Positions 1 through 9,070 of a DNA stretch of 64,000 bases are shown piece after piece. The notes below the pieces were generated by a model. The model was given only the letters and a program-made list of their open reading frames with translations. It was not told the DNA's origin and did no database searches. The position numbers and the translations under genes are program-made. The stretch is from Candidatus Aenigmatarchaeota archaeon (GTDB taxonomy: Archaea; Aenigmatarchaeota; Aenigmatarchaeia; CG10238-14; SpSt-28): assembly GCA_038742305.1 (NCBI GenBank), contig JAVYKI010000003.1:181-64180 (forward strand), written 5' to 3'. Positions within the stretch are counted from its first letter, which is position 1; each line of letters starts with the position of its first letter.

Positions 1-171
1 TTTAAGAAAATTTTTATCATTCATTTTTTAATTTTTATCAAAAAGTTAGAATTTTTTATAACAGTGTTATAAGAAAAATTAAAATTCTATTGAAAAATTT
101 ACTTAAAAAAGTTTGTATGAGTTTAATAAACTAAATACTTACTCAAACGATATTCTGAACTTTCATAAAAA

Positions 172-429
172 TTAAAGCACTGATAAAAATTCAGATAACT
201 TTTCAACAACTTTTTTCCCTTTTTTCGTTAATGATACTATTTTTTCTCTACCTAATTTCTGAAATTCTATTATTTCAAGCTCATACAAAATTTCCAAAAG
301 TTTTAATGTATGAGAATATGTTGTTCCAACTTTTTTCGCTATTTGAGTAATATTTTTCGGTTTGTCTGAAAGAGCTATTAATACTTTTAAAGGTTTGTCC
401 TTAAACAAAAATTCTTTTAGCGAAACCAT
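172..429 (-). CDS. Winged-helix (ArsR/MarR-like) DNA-binding protein, 85 aa
   Basis: MVSLKEF...[32 protein letters not shown]...VSLTKKG wHTH pattern. Start moved to ATG 429; the longer track ORF is antisense to rpl7ae. Confidence 0.8.
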   Translation of the reverse strand: MVSLKEFLFKDKPLKVLIALSDKPKNITQIAKKVGTTYSHTLKLLEILYELEIIEFQKLGREKIVSLTKKGKKVVEKLSEFLSVL

Positions 430-460
430 AATAAAATTTAAATCTTTAAATACTAATATT

Positions 461-835
461 ATGCCCAAGTATGTAACATTCCAAGTACCAGAAGAAATAC
501 AAGAAAAAGTACTGCAATTAATGGAAGTAGCAAGGACTACAGGAAAAATTAAAAAAGGAACAAACGAAACAACTAAAGCAGTTGAAAGAGGACAAGCAAA
601 ATTAGTAGTAATAGCAGAAAATGTTAATCCAGAAGAAATTGTAATGCACTTACCAAAACTTTGCGAAGAAAAGAAGGTTCCATACATCTTTGTAAAATCA
701 AAAGAAGAATTAGGAAAAGCATGTGGAATAGAAGTTTCAGCAGCAAGTGCATGTGTAATTGAAGTAGGGGAAGGGAAGAAATTATTTGAAGAAATAATTA
801 ATTGGATTAGGAGCAACACTTCTCAACAAATATAA
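461..835 (+). CDS. rpl7ae: 50S ribosomal protein L7Ae
   Basis: [38 protein letters not shown] signature; ATG at 461. Confidence 0.97.
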   Translation: MPKYVTFQVPEEIQEKVLQLMEVARTTGKIKKGTNETTKAVERGQAKLVVIAENVNPEEIVMHLPKLCEEKKVPYIFVKSKEELGKACGIEVSAASACVIEVGEGKKLFEEIINWIRSNTSQQI

Positions 836-836
836 C

Positions 837-1040
837 ATGGAAGCAGTTCCAGCAGAAGTTATAGAAATTATAGGTAGAACTGGCTCTAAAGGGGTAACTC
901 AAGTTAAATGTAAAATAATAGAAGGACCTGAAAAAGGAAGAATATTAATTAGAAATGTTAGCGGTCCAGTAAGAATTGGAGATATAATTTGGCTTAAAGA
1001 AGTTGAAATGGAAGCTGCAGGTAAAATTGAAGAGAAATGA
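837..1040 (+). CDS. rps28e: 30S ribosomal protein S28e
   Basis: [30 protein letters not shown]; follows L7Ae. Confidence 0.97.
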   Translation: MEAVPAEVIEIIGRTGSKGVTQVKCKIIEGPEKGRILIRNVSGPVRIGDIIWLKEVEMEAAGKIEEK

Positions 1041-1210
1041 ATTGTGATTTTTGTTCTAGAAAAATTAAGACAGGAACAGGAAAAATGTATGTAACAGTAA
1101 CTGGAAAAATTTATTTCTTTTGCTCTTCAAAATGTGAAAAATATTTTTTCATGCAAAGGTCAGTTAAAAAGCACAAATGGCTAAAACATGAAAATAGGAT
1201 TACATCTTAA
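1037..1210 (+). CDS. rpl24e: 50S ribosomal protein L24e (57 aa, not in ORF track)
   Basis: Manual translation [37 protein letters not shown]...; ATGA overlap with rps28e; canonical L7Ae-S28e-L24e order. Confidence 0.93.
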   Translation: MNCDFCSRKIKTGTGKMYVTVTGKIYFFCSSKCEKYFFMQRSVKKHKWLKHENRITS

Positions 1211-2195
1211 CGAAGAAGTTTTTAGAAAAACCGTTGATATTGTTGCTTCTATAGAAAAAGAAGCGGAAATAGATGAAATACTAATCAATTTAATTAATAA
1301 CAAGATTTTTATTTCAGACCAACTTTTCTTACTTTTACAAAAGTTGGCAGATGAATATTATATTTCTTCGAATTCAAACAAAATAAAAATAGAAAAAGAA
1401 ATTCCTGAAAATTACAAAGAAGAACTTGTTAAGTATTTAGTAGAAAAGGTTAAAAAATTATCAAACAAAGTTTTTTTCTCTGCTTTAGATATATCAAAAT
1501 TTTTTCAATGTCAAAGAAGGTTCTTTTTAGAAAAAGTTGTTAAATCTGAACAGAAAAAAACTCGATCAAGTTTTGAAGGAGAAGTTTTTCACAAAATGGC
1601 TTATCTAATGATAAATAATTACAATAAACTACCTTTAGAACAATTAGTACCCTCTGTAACAGAAAGGGTAATAAAAGAATATCAAAATAAGGCTAAAGTG
1701 GAAAAAGAAAAGTTATTAAATTCTGCAAGTTTTTTAAATCAAATTTTTAGCAAATATAAGTTTAAGTATATTATTCCTGAGCCATATTTTGTTTCTTTGC
1801 AAGCAGGATTAATAGCAACTCCAGATATACTTGCAATTTCAGAAAAAGAAATAGTGCCAATAGATTTGAAAATGGGTAGTTTAAGAGTAAAGGAGGCTCT
1901 TAGAATTCAATTATTAGCAGAAGCTGTTGTAATAGAAAAATTCTTTAGAAAAGAGGTTTCTTCCTCTATGATAATAAGTTTATTGAAAAGAAAAGTTTTT
2001 AAATTAAACTTTTCTCCGCAAGAAAAAGAAAAAATATTTATTATAAAAAAGCAAATAGAAAAAACTCTTTTAAAAAATATAGTTCCGCCAATGAGCAATT
2101 TGCCAAATTTTAGAAAAGTAGTTTGTCCATTTTGTCATGTAAAAGAAGTTTGCGATACAATAGAAGAAGTAAAGAAATTAATTAAGCTTAAATAA
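1188..2195 (+). CDS. Solo Cas4-like PD-(D/E)xK nuclease with 4-Cys Fe-S motif and N-terminal extension
   Basis: FQCQRR, EGEVFH, ATPDIL..PIDLK, IQL, C-terminal CPFCHVKEVC. Confidence 0.8.
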   Translation: MKIGLHLNEEVFRKTVDIVASIEKEAEIDEILINLINNKIFISDQLFLLLQKLADEYYISSNSNKIKIEKEIPENYKEELVKYLVEKVKKLSNKVFFSALDISKFFQCQRRFFLEKVVKSEQKKTRSSFEGEVFHKMAYLMINNYNKLPLEQLVPSVTERVIKEYQNKAKVEKEKLLNSASFLNQIFSKYKFKYIIPEPYFVSLQAGLIATPDILAISEKEIVPIDLKMGSLRVKEALRIQLLAEAVVIEKFFRKEVSSSMIISLLKRKVFKLNFSPQEKEKIFIIKKQIEKTLLKNIVPPMSNLPNFRKVVCPFCHVKEVCDTIEEVKKLIKLK

Positions 2196-2196
2196 T

Positions 2197-2308
2197 TGCG
2201 GGGGGTGGGATTTGAACCCACGACGGCACTAAGCCAGCGGGTTTCTTATCATCAAATCAAAGCTCGAACTTGAGCCCGCCGCCCTTGACCAGGCTAGGCG
2301 ACCCCCGC
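2197..2308 (-). tRNA. tRNA-Leu(CAA) with 26-nt intron at 37/38 (intron 2243..2268)
   Basis: Acceptor GCGGGGG/CCCCCGC-A, anticodon stem GCGGG/CCCGC, loop CT-CAA-G[intron]A, long variable arm, TTCAAAT T-loop. Confidence 0.93.
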
Positions 2309-2365
2309 ATAATAAGAAGATTTCAGAACTTATGAAATTATTTATATATTTTCTCAAATAAGTTT

Positions 2366-2965
2366 ATGGAAGTAAAAATATTGGAAAAGACAAGAGATGA
2401 AATAAAAATAGAAGTTAAAAACATTAGCCCAGGAATAGCAGCAATGATAAGAAGAGCTATAATTTCTGAAATACCAACAATGGCAATTGAATGGATAGAT
2501 TTTTATAAAAATGATAGTGTTTTGCCAGATGAAATAATAGCTAATAGAGTGGGGTTAATTCCATTAACTTTTGATAAAAATTTTCATACTTTACCAAATA
2601 AGTGCGATTGCCAAGCTAAAGGATGTCCAAAATGTCAAGTAAAACTTTATCTTTATAAAAAAGGTCCTGGCTATGTTTATAGCGGAGATTTAAAAACTAC
2701 AGACGAAAAAGTTAAGCCAGTTTACGATAAAATACCAATAACATATTTAAATGAAAATGAAGAAATCGAGTTTGAAGCAATAGCTCAATTGGGTATAGGA
2801 AAGGAGCATTCTAAATGGCAAGCAGGCAATTGTGGATATTCTTATGAAAACGATAATTTTATATTTAACATAGAAACAACAAGCTCATATGAAGCTAGTG
2901 AATTATTTTCGGAAGCTATAGATGTAATTATTGAAAAACTTAAAGAATTAAAACAAAAAATTTAA
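2366..2965 (+). CDS. rpoD: DNA-directed RNA polymerase subunit D (Rpo3)
   Basis: IRRAIISEIPTMAIE..NDSVLPDEIIANRVGLIPL, GKEHSKWQ. Confidence 0.95.
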   Translation: MEVKILEKTRDEIKIEVKNISPGIAAMIRRAIISEIPTMAIEWIDFYKNDSVLPDEIIANRVGLIPLTFDKNFHTLPNKCDCQAKGCPKCQVKLYLYKKGPGYVYSGDLKTTDEKVKPVYDKIPITYLNENEEIEFEAIAQLGIGKEHSKWQAGNCGYSYENDNFIFNIETTSSYEASELFSEAIDVIIEKLKELKQKI

Positions 2966-3354
2966 ACTCTTCTTCCTCTTCTACTAGTTCTTCTCATGTA
3001 TCCATGAGGTATTGGAGTAACATCTTCTATCATTTTCACCTTTAATCCGCTTTTTATTAAAGTTCTTATTGCTGGTACAGCACCTAATCCTGGCAGCCTA
3101 GGACCTATTCCACCTTTCCCTCTTACTCTAACATAAACTTCAGTAACTCCTTTTGCAATTGCTTCCTCAGCAGCTTTTTTTGCAGCTAGAATAGCAGGAT
3201 ATGGCTTTCCTCCTTCCCTGTCTTTATCTGTCATCATTCCGCTGGAATATCTTGCAAAGGTGTATGTTCCTGTAAGGTCTGTAATATGGACTATTGTAGA
3301 GTTTTTTGTACTATATATATGTGCAATTCCTATTATTCCTTTTTTCTCTGTCAT
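2962..3354 (-). CDS. rps11: 30S ribosomal protein S11
   Basis: [32 protein letters not shown]. Confidence 0.97.
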   Translation of the reverse strand: MTEKKGIIGIAHIYSTKNSTIVHITDLTGTYTFARYSSGMMTDKDREGGKPYPAILAAKKAAEEAIAKGVTEVYVRVRGKGGIGPRLPGLGAVPAIRTLIKSGLKVKMIEDVTPIPHGYMRRTSRRGRRV

Positions 3355-3833
3355 ACCTTAACTTTTAGCCCTATTTTTTGAGGGTCTAATAATAATTGTA
3401 TTTTATCTTCTTCCTCTTTTTTAACTAAATATGAAGGCCAAGTAATTTTTCTACCATTTATTGCAATATGTCCATGAACTATTAATTGTCTTGCCTGTTT
3501 TATTGTATTTGCTAGTCCTTTTTTATAAACAATTGTTTGCAATCTTCTTTCAAGAATACGTTCTGCTGTTAAATCTAATAAATCATCAATAGTTTTTGCT
3601 TCTATAAAACCATATCTATTAACTTTATTCAAAATTTCTTTTTCAAGTTTTTCATCCCTTTTTGCAATTAATTGTCTTGCTAATCTTCTGTACTTTCTAG
3701 CAATACTTTCAGCCCTCCAAATTTCCTTTTTTCTTCTTAATCCATATTTTTTCATTAATTCTTTTTCTTTCTCTATTCTAACTTTATCCCACCTTTTCAA
3801 AGGTTTTTCATACTTTTTTCTAAACCTTTTCAT
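3351..3833 (-). CDS. rps4: 30S ribosomal protein S4
   Basis: [38 protein letters not shown]. Confidence 0.97.
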   Translation of the reverse strand: MKRFRKKYEKPLKRWDKVRIEKEKELMKKYGLRRKKEIWRAESIARKYRRLARQLIAKRDEKLEKEILNKVNRYGFIEAKTIDDLLDLTAERILERRLQTIVYKKGLANTIKQARQLIVHGHIAINGRKITWPSYLVKKEEEDKIQLLLDPQKIGLKVKV

Positions 3834-4396
3834 TTGCTTTGTTGTTGTTTGCTTCTAACTACTCCAACGGTCATGCCTTTTCTAAAATGACTTCTAGTTC
3901 TTTGCCCTCTTACTGGCTGCCCAAGCTTATGCCTCCAACCTCTGTAAGTATTAAGCTCCATTTCTCTTTTTATATCTAATTGCATCCTAACTTTAACCTC
4001 TGGACCAACAATATGATAATCTTTTCCGTCATATATATCTTTTCTTCTATTGTATAACCAAGAAGGTATGTTATATTTTTGCGGATTTTTAATTATATCT
4101 GCAAGCAATTCAAGTTTTTCATCACTCAAATTACCAATTAAGAAATTTCTATCTATTCCAGTAATTTCTTCAAAAATAGTGCAAACAGCATTGCCATAAG
4201 AAAAACTTATTCCATCAATATTCCAAATAGCCCTTCTTATTGGTAAGTGCCCAGGAATATCTGTATCTATTAACCTTACAACAGGTTTTTCAACTTTTGG
4301 CAATTCTTTTACTTTTTTCTTTTTTAACTCTTCAACTACTTTTTTCTCTTCTTCAGCACTAACCTTTTTCTCTTCTTTAATTCTACGTGTTCCCAT
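3830..4396 (-). CDS. rps13: 30S ribosomal protein S13
   Basis: [30 protein letters not shown]. Confidence 0.97.
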   Translation of the reverse strand: MGTRRIKEEKKVSAEEEKKVVEELKKKKVKELPKVEKPVVRLIDTDIPGHLPIRRAIWNIDGISFSYGNAVCTIFEEITGIDRNFLIGNLSDEKLELLADIIKNPQKYNIPSWLYNRRKDIYDGKDYHIVGPEVKVRMQLDIKREMELNTYRGWRHKLGQPVRGQRTRSHFRKGMTVGVVRSKQQQSK

Positions 4397-4439
4397 AGTT
4401 ATTTTTATATCTTCTTAAATATTTTTTGAATTATTTTTT

Positions 4440-5525
4440 ATGGCAATAAAGCAATTGACTGGAGAACCAAAATTTTCAGAGATAGATGAAGAACTAAGAA
4501 AAATAGTTGAAAAAAGAAAAACTAGGATAAAAGTTGTTGGTTGCGGAGGAGCAGGAAATAATACAGTTTCCAGATTAATGCAAGTAGGAATTGTTGGAGC
4601 TCAAACAATTGCAATAAATACAGATGCAATGGACTTGCTTTATACAGATGCAGATGTTAAAATACTTATTGGTAGAGAATTAACAGGTGGCCTAGGAGCT
4701 GGAGCAGACCCAAGAATAGGAATGGAAGCTGCAAAAGAAAGTAAAGAAGAGCTTAAAAAAGTTTTAAAAGATTCCGATATGGTTTTCGTTACTGGCGGTT
4801 TAGGAGGAGGTACTGGTACTGGAAGCGCTCCAGTAGTTGCTGAAATTGCTAAAAGGTTAGGGGCATTAGTTATTGGAGTTTTTACTTTGCCTTTTTCATT
4901 AGAAGGAAAACAAAGGTGGGAAAATGCAATGTGGGGTTTAGAAATGTTAGAGCCAGTAACTGATACATTAATACTTATTCCAAACGACAAATTACTAGAA
5001 CTATTTCCAGATGTTTCAATTACAACAGCATTTAAAATTGCAGATGAATTGCTAATAAATGCAATAAAAGGAATAACCGAAATGATAACAAAGCCAGGAT
5101 TAGTTAATAGAGATTTTGCAGATATTAAAGCAATAATGAGCGACGGCGGCTTAGCATTAATAAGTATGGGAGAAAGTGATAGCGAAAATAGAGCAATAGA
5201 AAGCGTTCAAAGAGCATTAAACAATCCATTGTTGTCAGTAGATATTTCTGATGCAAAAGGAGCTTTAGTTGCAATATTTAGTGGGCCAGATATAACATTA
5301 AAAGAAGTTCAAGCAATATTAGATGCTGTAAGGTCAAAAATGAATTCTGATGCAAAACTATTGTGGGGAGTTCAAATTGACAAATCTTTGGGAGATACTG
5401 TGAGAACATTATTAATAATTACTGGAGTAAGCTCTCCGCAAATTATTGGAAAAGAAGAAAAAGGTAAAGTTAAAAAGAAGTTTAAGAAAGATATAGAAAA
5501 AGAGCTAGGAATAGAGTTTGTATGA
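4440..5525 (+). CDS. ftsZ: Cell division protein FtsZ
   Basis: VVGCGGAGNN, GLGGGTGTG, NRDFAD. Confidence 0.98.
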   Translation: MAIKQLTGEPKFSEIDEELRKIVEKRKTRIKVVGCGGAGNNTVSRLMQVGIVGAQTIAINTDAMDLLYTDADVKILIGRELTGGLGAGADPRIGMEAAKESKEELKKVLKDSDMVFVTGGLGGGTGTGSAPVVAEIAKRLGALVIGVFTLPFSLEGKQRWENAMWGLEMLEPVTDTLILIPNDKLLELFPDVSITTAFKIADELLINAIKGITEMITKPGLVNRDFADIKAIMSDGGLALISMGESDSENRAIESVQRALNNPLLSVDISDAKGALVAIFSGPDITLKEVQAILDAVRSKMNSDAKLLWGVQIDKSLGDTVRTLLIITGVSSPQIIGKEEKGKVKKKFKKDIEKELGIEFV

Positions 5526-5692
5526 TAAAAAGGATTTTTAACTTTTTAAAAAGAACTTTTTTTATTTTAAAAGAAGTTAGAAAACCAACAACAAAAGAAA
5601 CCTTTAATTTTTTTCTTAAAGTTTTATACTTTTCTTTTGTTTTTGGTTTAATAGGTTTTATTATATATCTTATTTTAATATTGATTGCTTAA
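5522..5692 (+). CDS. secE: Protein translocase subunit SecE/Sec61-gamma (56 aa, not in ORF track)
   Basis: Manual translation ..LKEVRKPTTKETF..FGLIGFIIYLI; conserved ftsZ-secE-spt5-rpl11 order. Confidence 0.85.
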   Translation: MIKRIFNFLKRTFFILKEVRKPTTKETFNFFLKVLYFSFVFGLIGFIIYLILILIA

Positions 5693-5694
5693 TT

Positions 5695-6135
5695 ATGCCA
5701 ATATATGCTATAAGAACAATAGGTGGAAAGGAAGAAATTTTAGTGGATATCATAGCTAATAAGGCAATAGAAAACAATTTACAAATTTATTCAGTTTTTA
5801 GAATAGAAGAAATAAAGAACTATGTTTTTATTGAAGGGGAAGAGGAAGATGTCTTTAAATTAGTTAAAGAGCTTCCGCATGTAAGGAACTTTATAAAAAA
5901 CCCTGTTGATATAAAAGAATTTGAAAAATATTTTGAAGAGAAAGTTGAAGTAAAAATTGAAATTGGAGATATAGTAGAAATTATTGGTGGACCATTTAAA
6001 GGCCAAAAAGGAAGAGTTACTAAAGTTGATGAAGTTAAAAGAGAAGTTGTTTTAGAATTATTAGAAACTGCAATTCCTCTGCCTTTAACTATAAGTATTG
6101 ATATGGTAAAAGTTATAGAAAAGAGGCATGGCTGA
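5695..6135 (+). CDS. spt5: Transcription elongation factor Spt5/NusG
   Basis: NGN domain plus KOW motif GDIVEIIGGPFKGQKGRV. Confidence 0.95.
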   Translation: MPIYAIRTIGGKEEILVDIIANKAIENNLQIYSVFRIEEIKNYVFIEGEEEDVFKLVKELPHVRNFIKNPVDIKEFEKYFEEKVEVKIEIGDIVEIIGGPFKGQKGRVTKVDEVKREVVLELLETAIPLPLTISIDMVKVIEKRHG

Positions 6136-6625
6136 AAAAGAAGTAATAGAATTATTAGTAGAAGGAGGAAAAGCAGCCCCAGGCCCATCTACTGCTCCAA
6201 AGCTTTCTGCTTTAAAGCTAAACGTTGGAGAAATTTTTTCAAAAATAAATCAAATGACAAAAGAATTTGAAGGTATGGATGTACCAGTTAAAATTATAGT
6301 TGATAAAGAAACAAGAAAATATGAAATAGAAATAGGTTTACCGCCAACTTCTAGCTTATTAAAAAGAGAAGCAGGAATTCAAGTAGCAAAAATAACAAAA
6401 GAAGACAAGGAAAAAGGAATAAAATGGATTGGAAATATAAGTTTTGATAAAGTAGTTAAAGTAGCTAAGTTAAAAGAAAAAGAGTTAGAAGGAAGAGATT
6501 TTAAACAAAAAATTAAGCAAGTTTTGGGTACATGTCTTTCTTTGCATTTGCTAGTTGATAATAAAGACCCAAGGCAAGTAATTAAAGAAGTAGATGAAGG
6601 TCTTTATGATGATAAGTTAAAATGA
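6128..6625 (+). CDS. rpl11: 50S ribosomal protein L11
   Basis: LVEGGKAAPGP, FEGMDVPVKI, PPTSSLLK, VLGTCLS. Confidence 0.96.
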   Translation: MAEKEVIELLVEGGKAAPGPSTAPKLSALKLNVGEIFSKINQMTKEFEGMDVPVKIIVDKETRKYEIEIGLPPTSSLLKREAGIQVAKITKEDKEKGIKWIGNISFDKVVKVAKLKEKELEGRDFKQKIKQVLGTCLSLHLLVDNKDPRQVIKEVDEGLYDDKLK

Positions 6626-6777
6626 ATTCTTTCATAATATCTTTTCTTTTTGTTCTAATTTTTTATAGTTATTTTTATTTTAACGGAACAATGAAAGATA
6701 TGTATCCTTTTTCTCTTTTAAGCCTTATTTTAATTTTATACTTTCAAATAAAAAGCAAAAAAGAAATAGAAATATAA
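6622..6777 (+). CDS. Small two-TM membrane protein (51 aa, not in ORF track)
   Basis: MNSFIISFLFVLIFYSYFYFNGTMKDMYPFSLLSLILILYFQIKSKKEIEI; ATGA overlap with rpl11 and TAATG overlap with rpl1. Confidence 0.65.
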   Translation: MNSFIISFLFVLIFYSYFYFNGTMKDMYPFSLLSLILILYFQIKSKKEIEI

Positions 6778-7382
6778 TGGAGTTAAAATTTGAAAAATTG
6801 GAAGAATTAAAAAATTCGAAGCCTAGAAAATTTAAACAAAGCCTAGAGCTTATAATAGTTTTAAAAGATGTTGATGTAAAAGAACTGAAAAACAAAATAC
6901 AAGAAGTTTTTGTACCTTACGGAATAAATTCAAAAGTTATAATATTTTCTGAAACTAAAAAATTAGATGGAATAGAACATTATACTCCAAAAGATATAGA
7001 AAAAATTGCTTCTAGTGCAAGAGAAGCAAGAAAATTTGCAAGAAAATTTGATTTTGCTTTAGCCGAACAAAAACTTTTGCCTTTAATAGGTAGATTATTG
7101 GGTAAATATTTAGCTGTAAGAGGAAAAATGCCAAAGCCAATTATAGATGAAAAAAGTTTAGCTCAGCAAATTGAAAAATTACAAAAAAGCGTAAGGATTA
7201 ATTTAAAGCAAAACCAAATTCAATTAAAAATTGGAAAGGAAGATTTAGAAAAAGATAAAGTTATTCAAAATATAAAGGAAGTTTTAGGTCAAATAATAGA
7301 AAAACTGCCAGAAGGTGAAAAGAATATCAAAAAAATATATGTTAAATTAACTATGAGTAAGCCTGTAAAAATTTATCCTTAG
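6777..7382 (+). CDS. rpl1: 50S ribosomal protein L1
   Basis: [36 protein letters not shown]. Confidence 0.95.
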   Translation: MELKFEKLEELKNSKPRKFKQSLELIIVLKDVDVKELKNKIQEVFVPYGINSKVIIFSETKKLDGIEHYTPKDIEKIASSAREARKFARKFDFALAEQKLLPLIGRLLGKYLAVRGKMPKPIIDEKSLAQQIEKLQKSVRINLKQNQIQLKIGKEDLEKDKVIQNIKEVLGQIIEKLPEGEKNIKKIYVKLTMSKPVKIYP

Positions 7383-7383
7383 C

Positions 7384-8520
7384 ATGTTAACTAGAGAACA
7401 AAAAGCAAAAATAATAGAAGAAATAATTAGCATTTTTAATAGCTACAAAGTTTTAGGTTTTGTAGATTTTTACAAGCTTCCAACAAGAGAATATAGAGAA
7501 ATGAAGAGAAAATTAAAAGATGTAAACATTAAGTTTTTCAAAAAATCTCTTGTAATAAAAGCATTAGAAAGAATTGGAAGAGAAGATTTAATTCCACATT
7601 TACCAGACCAAGTAGGAATACTTTTTACTAATAGAAACCCTTTCGAAGTTTATAAGGAAATAAAGTCTTTAGTAACATATAGGTTTGCAAAAGAAAATGA
7701 TACTGCTGAAGAAGACATAATCCTTAAACCAATGGTTACTAATATTCCAGCAGGAATGGCTATTGCGGAATTTCAAAAATTAAAAATAGAAGTTGGAGTA
7801 GAGCAGGGAAAAATTGCAATTAAAAAGGAAAAAAAGCTTGTTTCAAAAGGAGAAAAAATAACAAAAGAAATAGCCGGAATTTTACAAAAGCTTAATATAA
7901 AACCAATTCCGATTAGAATAAAAGTTAATTGTTTAATAGAAGGAAAAACAATTTATACTAAAGATATTTTAGATTTAGATGAAAAGTATTATTCAGAAAA
8001 AATATCTTTAGCATTTTTAATTGCCGATAACTTGGCTGAAAAGCTGGGAATATATACTAAATATAACCTTTCGAGAATAATAAGAAAAGGCTATAAAATA
8101 GCTTTAGAAATAAGCATAAAAGCAGCAATATTTAGTGAAAAAAGCTTAGAAGAAGCAATAAGAAGAGCTATAACAATTAAAAATATATTTAAATCTTACA
8201 TTAATATAGAAAATATGGAGTACGTCTATGCTGCATTAATGTTGTATGAAGCAAAGAAAGAAATAACAGAAGAAAATTTAAGAAAAGTTCTAGAAGCAGC
8301 TGGAATAGTTGTAGATGAAGCAAAAATTAAAAGTTTAGTAGAATCTTTAAAGAATATAAACATAGAAGAAGTAATAAAAAGCGCAACTTCTCAACCAATA
8401 CAAGTAGCTGTAGCTCCTCAGGCTAAAACAGAAGAAAAGAAAGAAGAAACTAAGAAAGAAGAAGAGAAAAAGAGAGAAGAAGAAGCAGTAGCGGGATTAG
8501 GTGCGCTTTTCGGATTTTAA
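7384..8520 (+). CDS. rplP0: Ribosomal protein uL10/P0 fused in frame to stalk protein P1/L12
   Basis: N-terminal L10 domain ([24 protein letters not shown]); no stop before [10 protein letters not shown]...GLGALFGF. Confidence 0.9.
   Translation: MLTREQKAKIIEEIISIFNSYKVLGFVDFYKLPTREYREMKRKLKDVNIKFFKKSLVIKALERIGREDLIPHLPDQVGILFTNRNPFEVYKEIKSLVTYRFAKENDTAEEDIILKPMVTNIPAGMAIAEFQKLKIEVGVEQGKIAIKKEKKLVSKGEKITKEIAGILQKLNIKPIPIRIKVNCLIEGKTIYTKDILDLDEKYYSEKISLAFLIADNLAEKLGIYTKYNLSRIIRKGYKIALEISIKAAIFSEKSLEEAIRRAITIKNIFKSYINIENMEYVYAALMLYEAKKEITEENLRKVLEAAGIVVDEAKIKSLVESLKNINIEEVIKSATSQPIQVAVAPQAKTEEKKEETKKEEEKKREEEAVAGLGALFGF
8188..8194 (+). promoter_or_regulatory. Putative internal TATA box for a leaderless rpl12 transcript
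   Basis: TTTAAAT 27 nt upstream of ATG 8215; the same motif lies 24 nt before rpl7ae and 26 nt before tuf. Confidence 0.5.
8215..8520 (+). CDS. rpl12: Ribosomal stalk protein P1/L12 (nested in-frame start, 101 aa)
   Basis: Canonical archaeal L12 N-terminus [26 protein letters not shown], acidic hinge, GLGALFG tail. Confidence 0.85.
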   Translation: MEYVYAALMLYEAKKEITEENLRKVLEAAGIVVDEAKIKSLVESLKNINIEEVIKSATSQPIQVAVAPQAKTEEKKEETKKEEEKKREEEAVAGLGALFGF

Positions 8521-8646
8521 TTTCGTATAATTTCGCATATTCCTTTTTGCTATATTAATTCTTTATATTTAATTAATAGGAAAAACTCTTTATTTCGCGA
8601 AATTTTGTTTAGAAAATTTCTATATATACTTAGCTTATTTCTTTCT

Positions 8647-8829
8647 ATGAAATGCATAAGATGCGGCTCGGAAAGAATGGTAAAGTTTGTGGATGCATTC
8701 GGAACCCCTAGAGTTTTTTGCAGAGATTGCTTCTTTAATATTTCAATAGACATCTTTAAAAAATTAGTTTCTCAAAGAAATTTGTTTGAATTTTCCTATC
8801 TCAAACAATTGGCATGGAAACAGAAATAA
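8647..8829 (+). CDS. Zn-ribbon microprotein with PIP-box-like motif (60 aa)
   Basis: MKCIRCG..FCRDC; QRNLFEF near the C-terminus. Confidence 0.7.
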   Translation: MKCIRCGSERMVKFVDAFGTPRVFCRDCFFNISIDIFKKLVSQRNLFEFSYLKQLAWKQK

Positions 8830-8942
8830 TAGTGAAAAAAATAAGAAGGGGCAAAGTAATAGCCTATAGTGTCTTAGCAAGAAAAGGAAGCGTAATAAAA
8901 GGATATATAAAGCCAGTTCAGTACCTAGAGTATAGACTTTAA
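8814..8942 (+). CDS. Hypothetical basic microprotein (42 aa, not in ORF track)
   Basis: METEIIVKKIRRGKVIAYSVLARKGSVIKGYIKPVQYLEYRL; overlaps the upstream ORF and fills an otherwise empty gap. Confidence 0.55.
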   Translation: METEIIVKKIRRGKVIAYSVLARKGSVIKGYIKPVQYLEYRL

Positions 8943-9070
8943 TGTATATAAAAATAACAATTAAATAAGTTCTTTCTTAAACATAATTAGACATGGCAAA
9001 GAAAAAGAAAGAAGGAGAACAGCAAGAATAAACTTAAAATTGAACTTTTAGCAACTTTCATTTCCACTTT

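Noticed and set aside
172..819. 215-aa ORF as given in the track
   Set aside because: The upstream 130 codons are the antisense shadow of rpl7ae; only 172..429 looks like a real wHTH gene
2243..2268. C/D box guide RNA inside the tRNA introns (TGATGA-like motif)
   Set aside because: Introns are only 26-27 nt and have no CTGA D box downstream
1188..2310. CRISPR-Cas locus suggested by the Cas4-like gene
   Set aside because: No repeat-spacer array or other cas genes seen anywhere in the window
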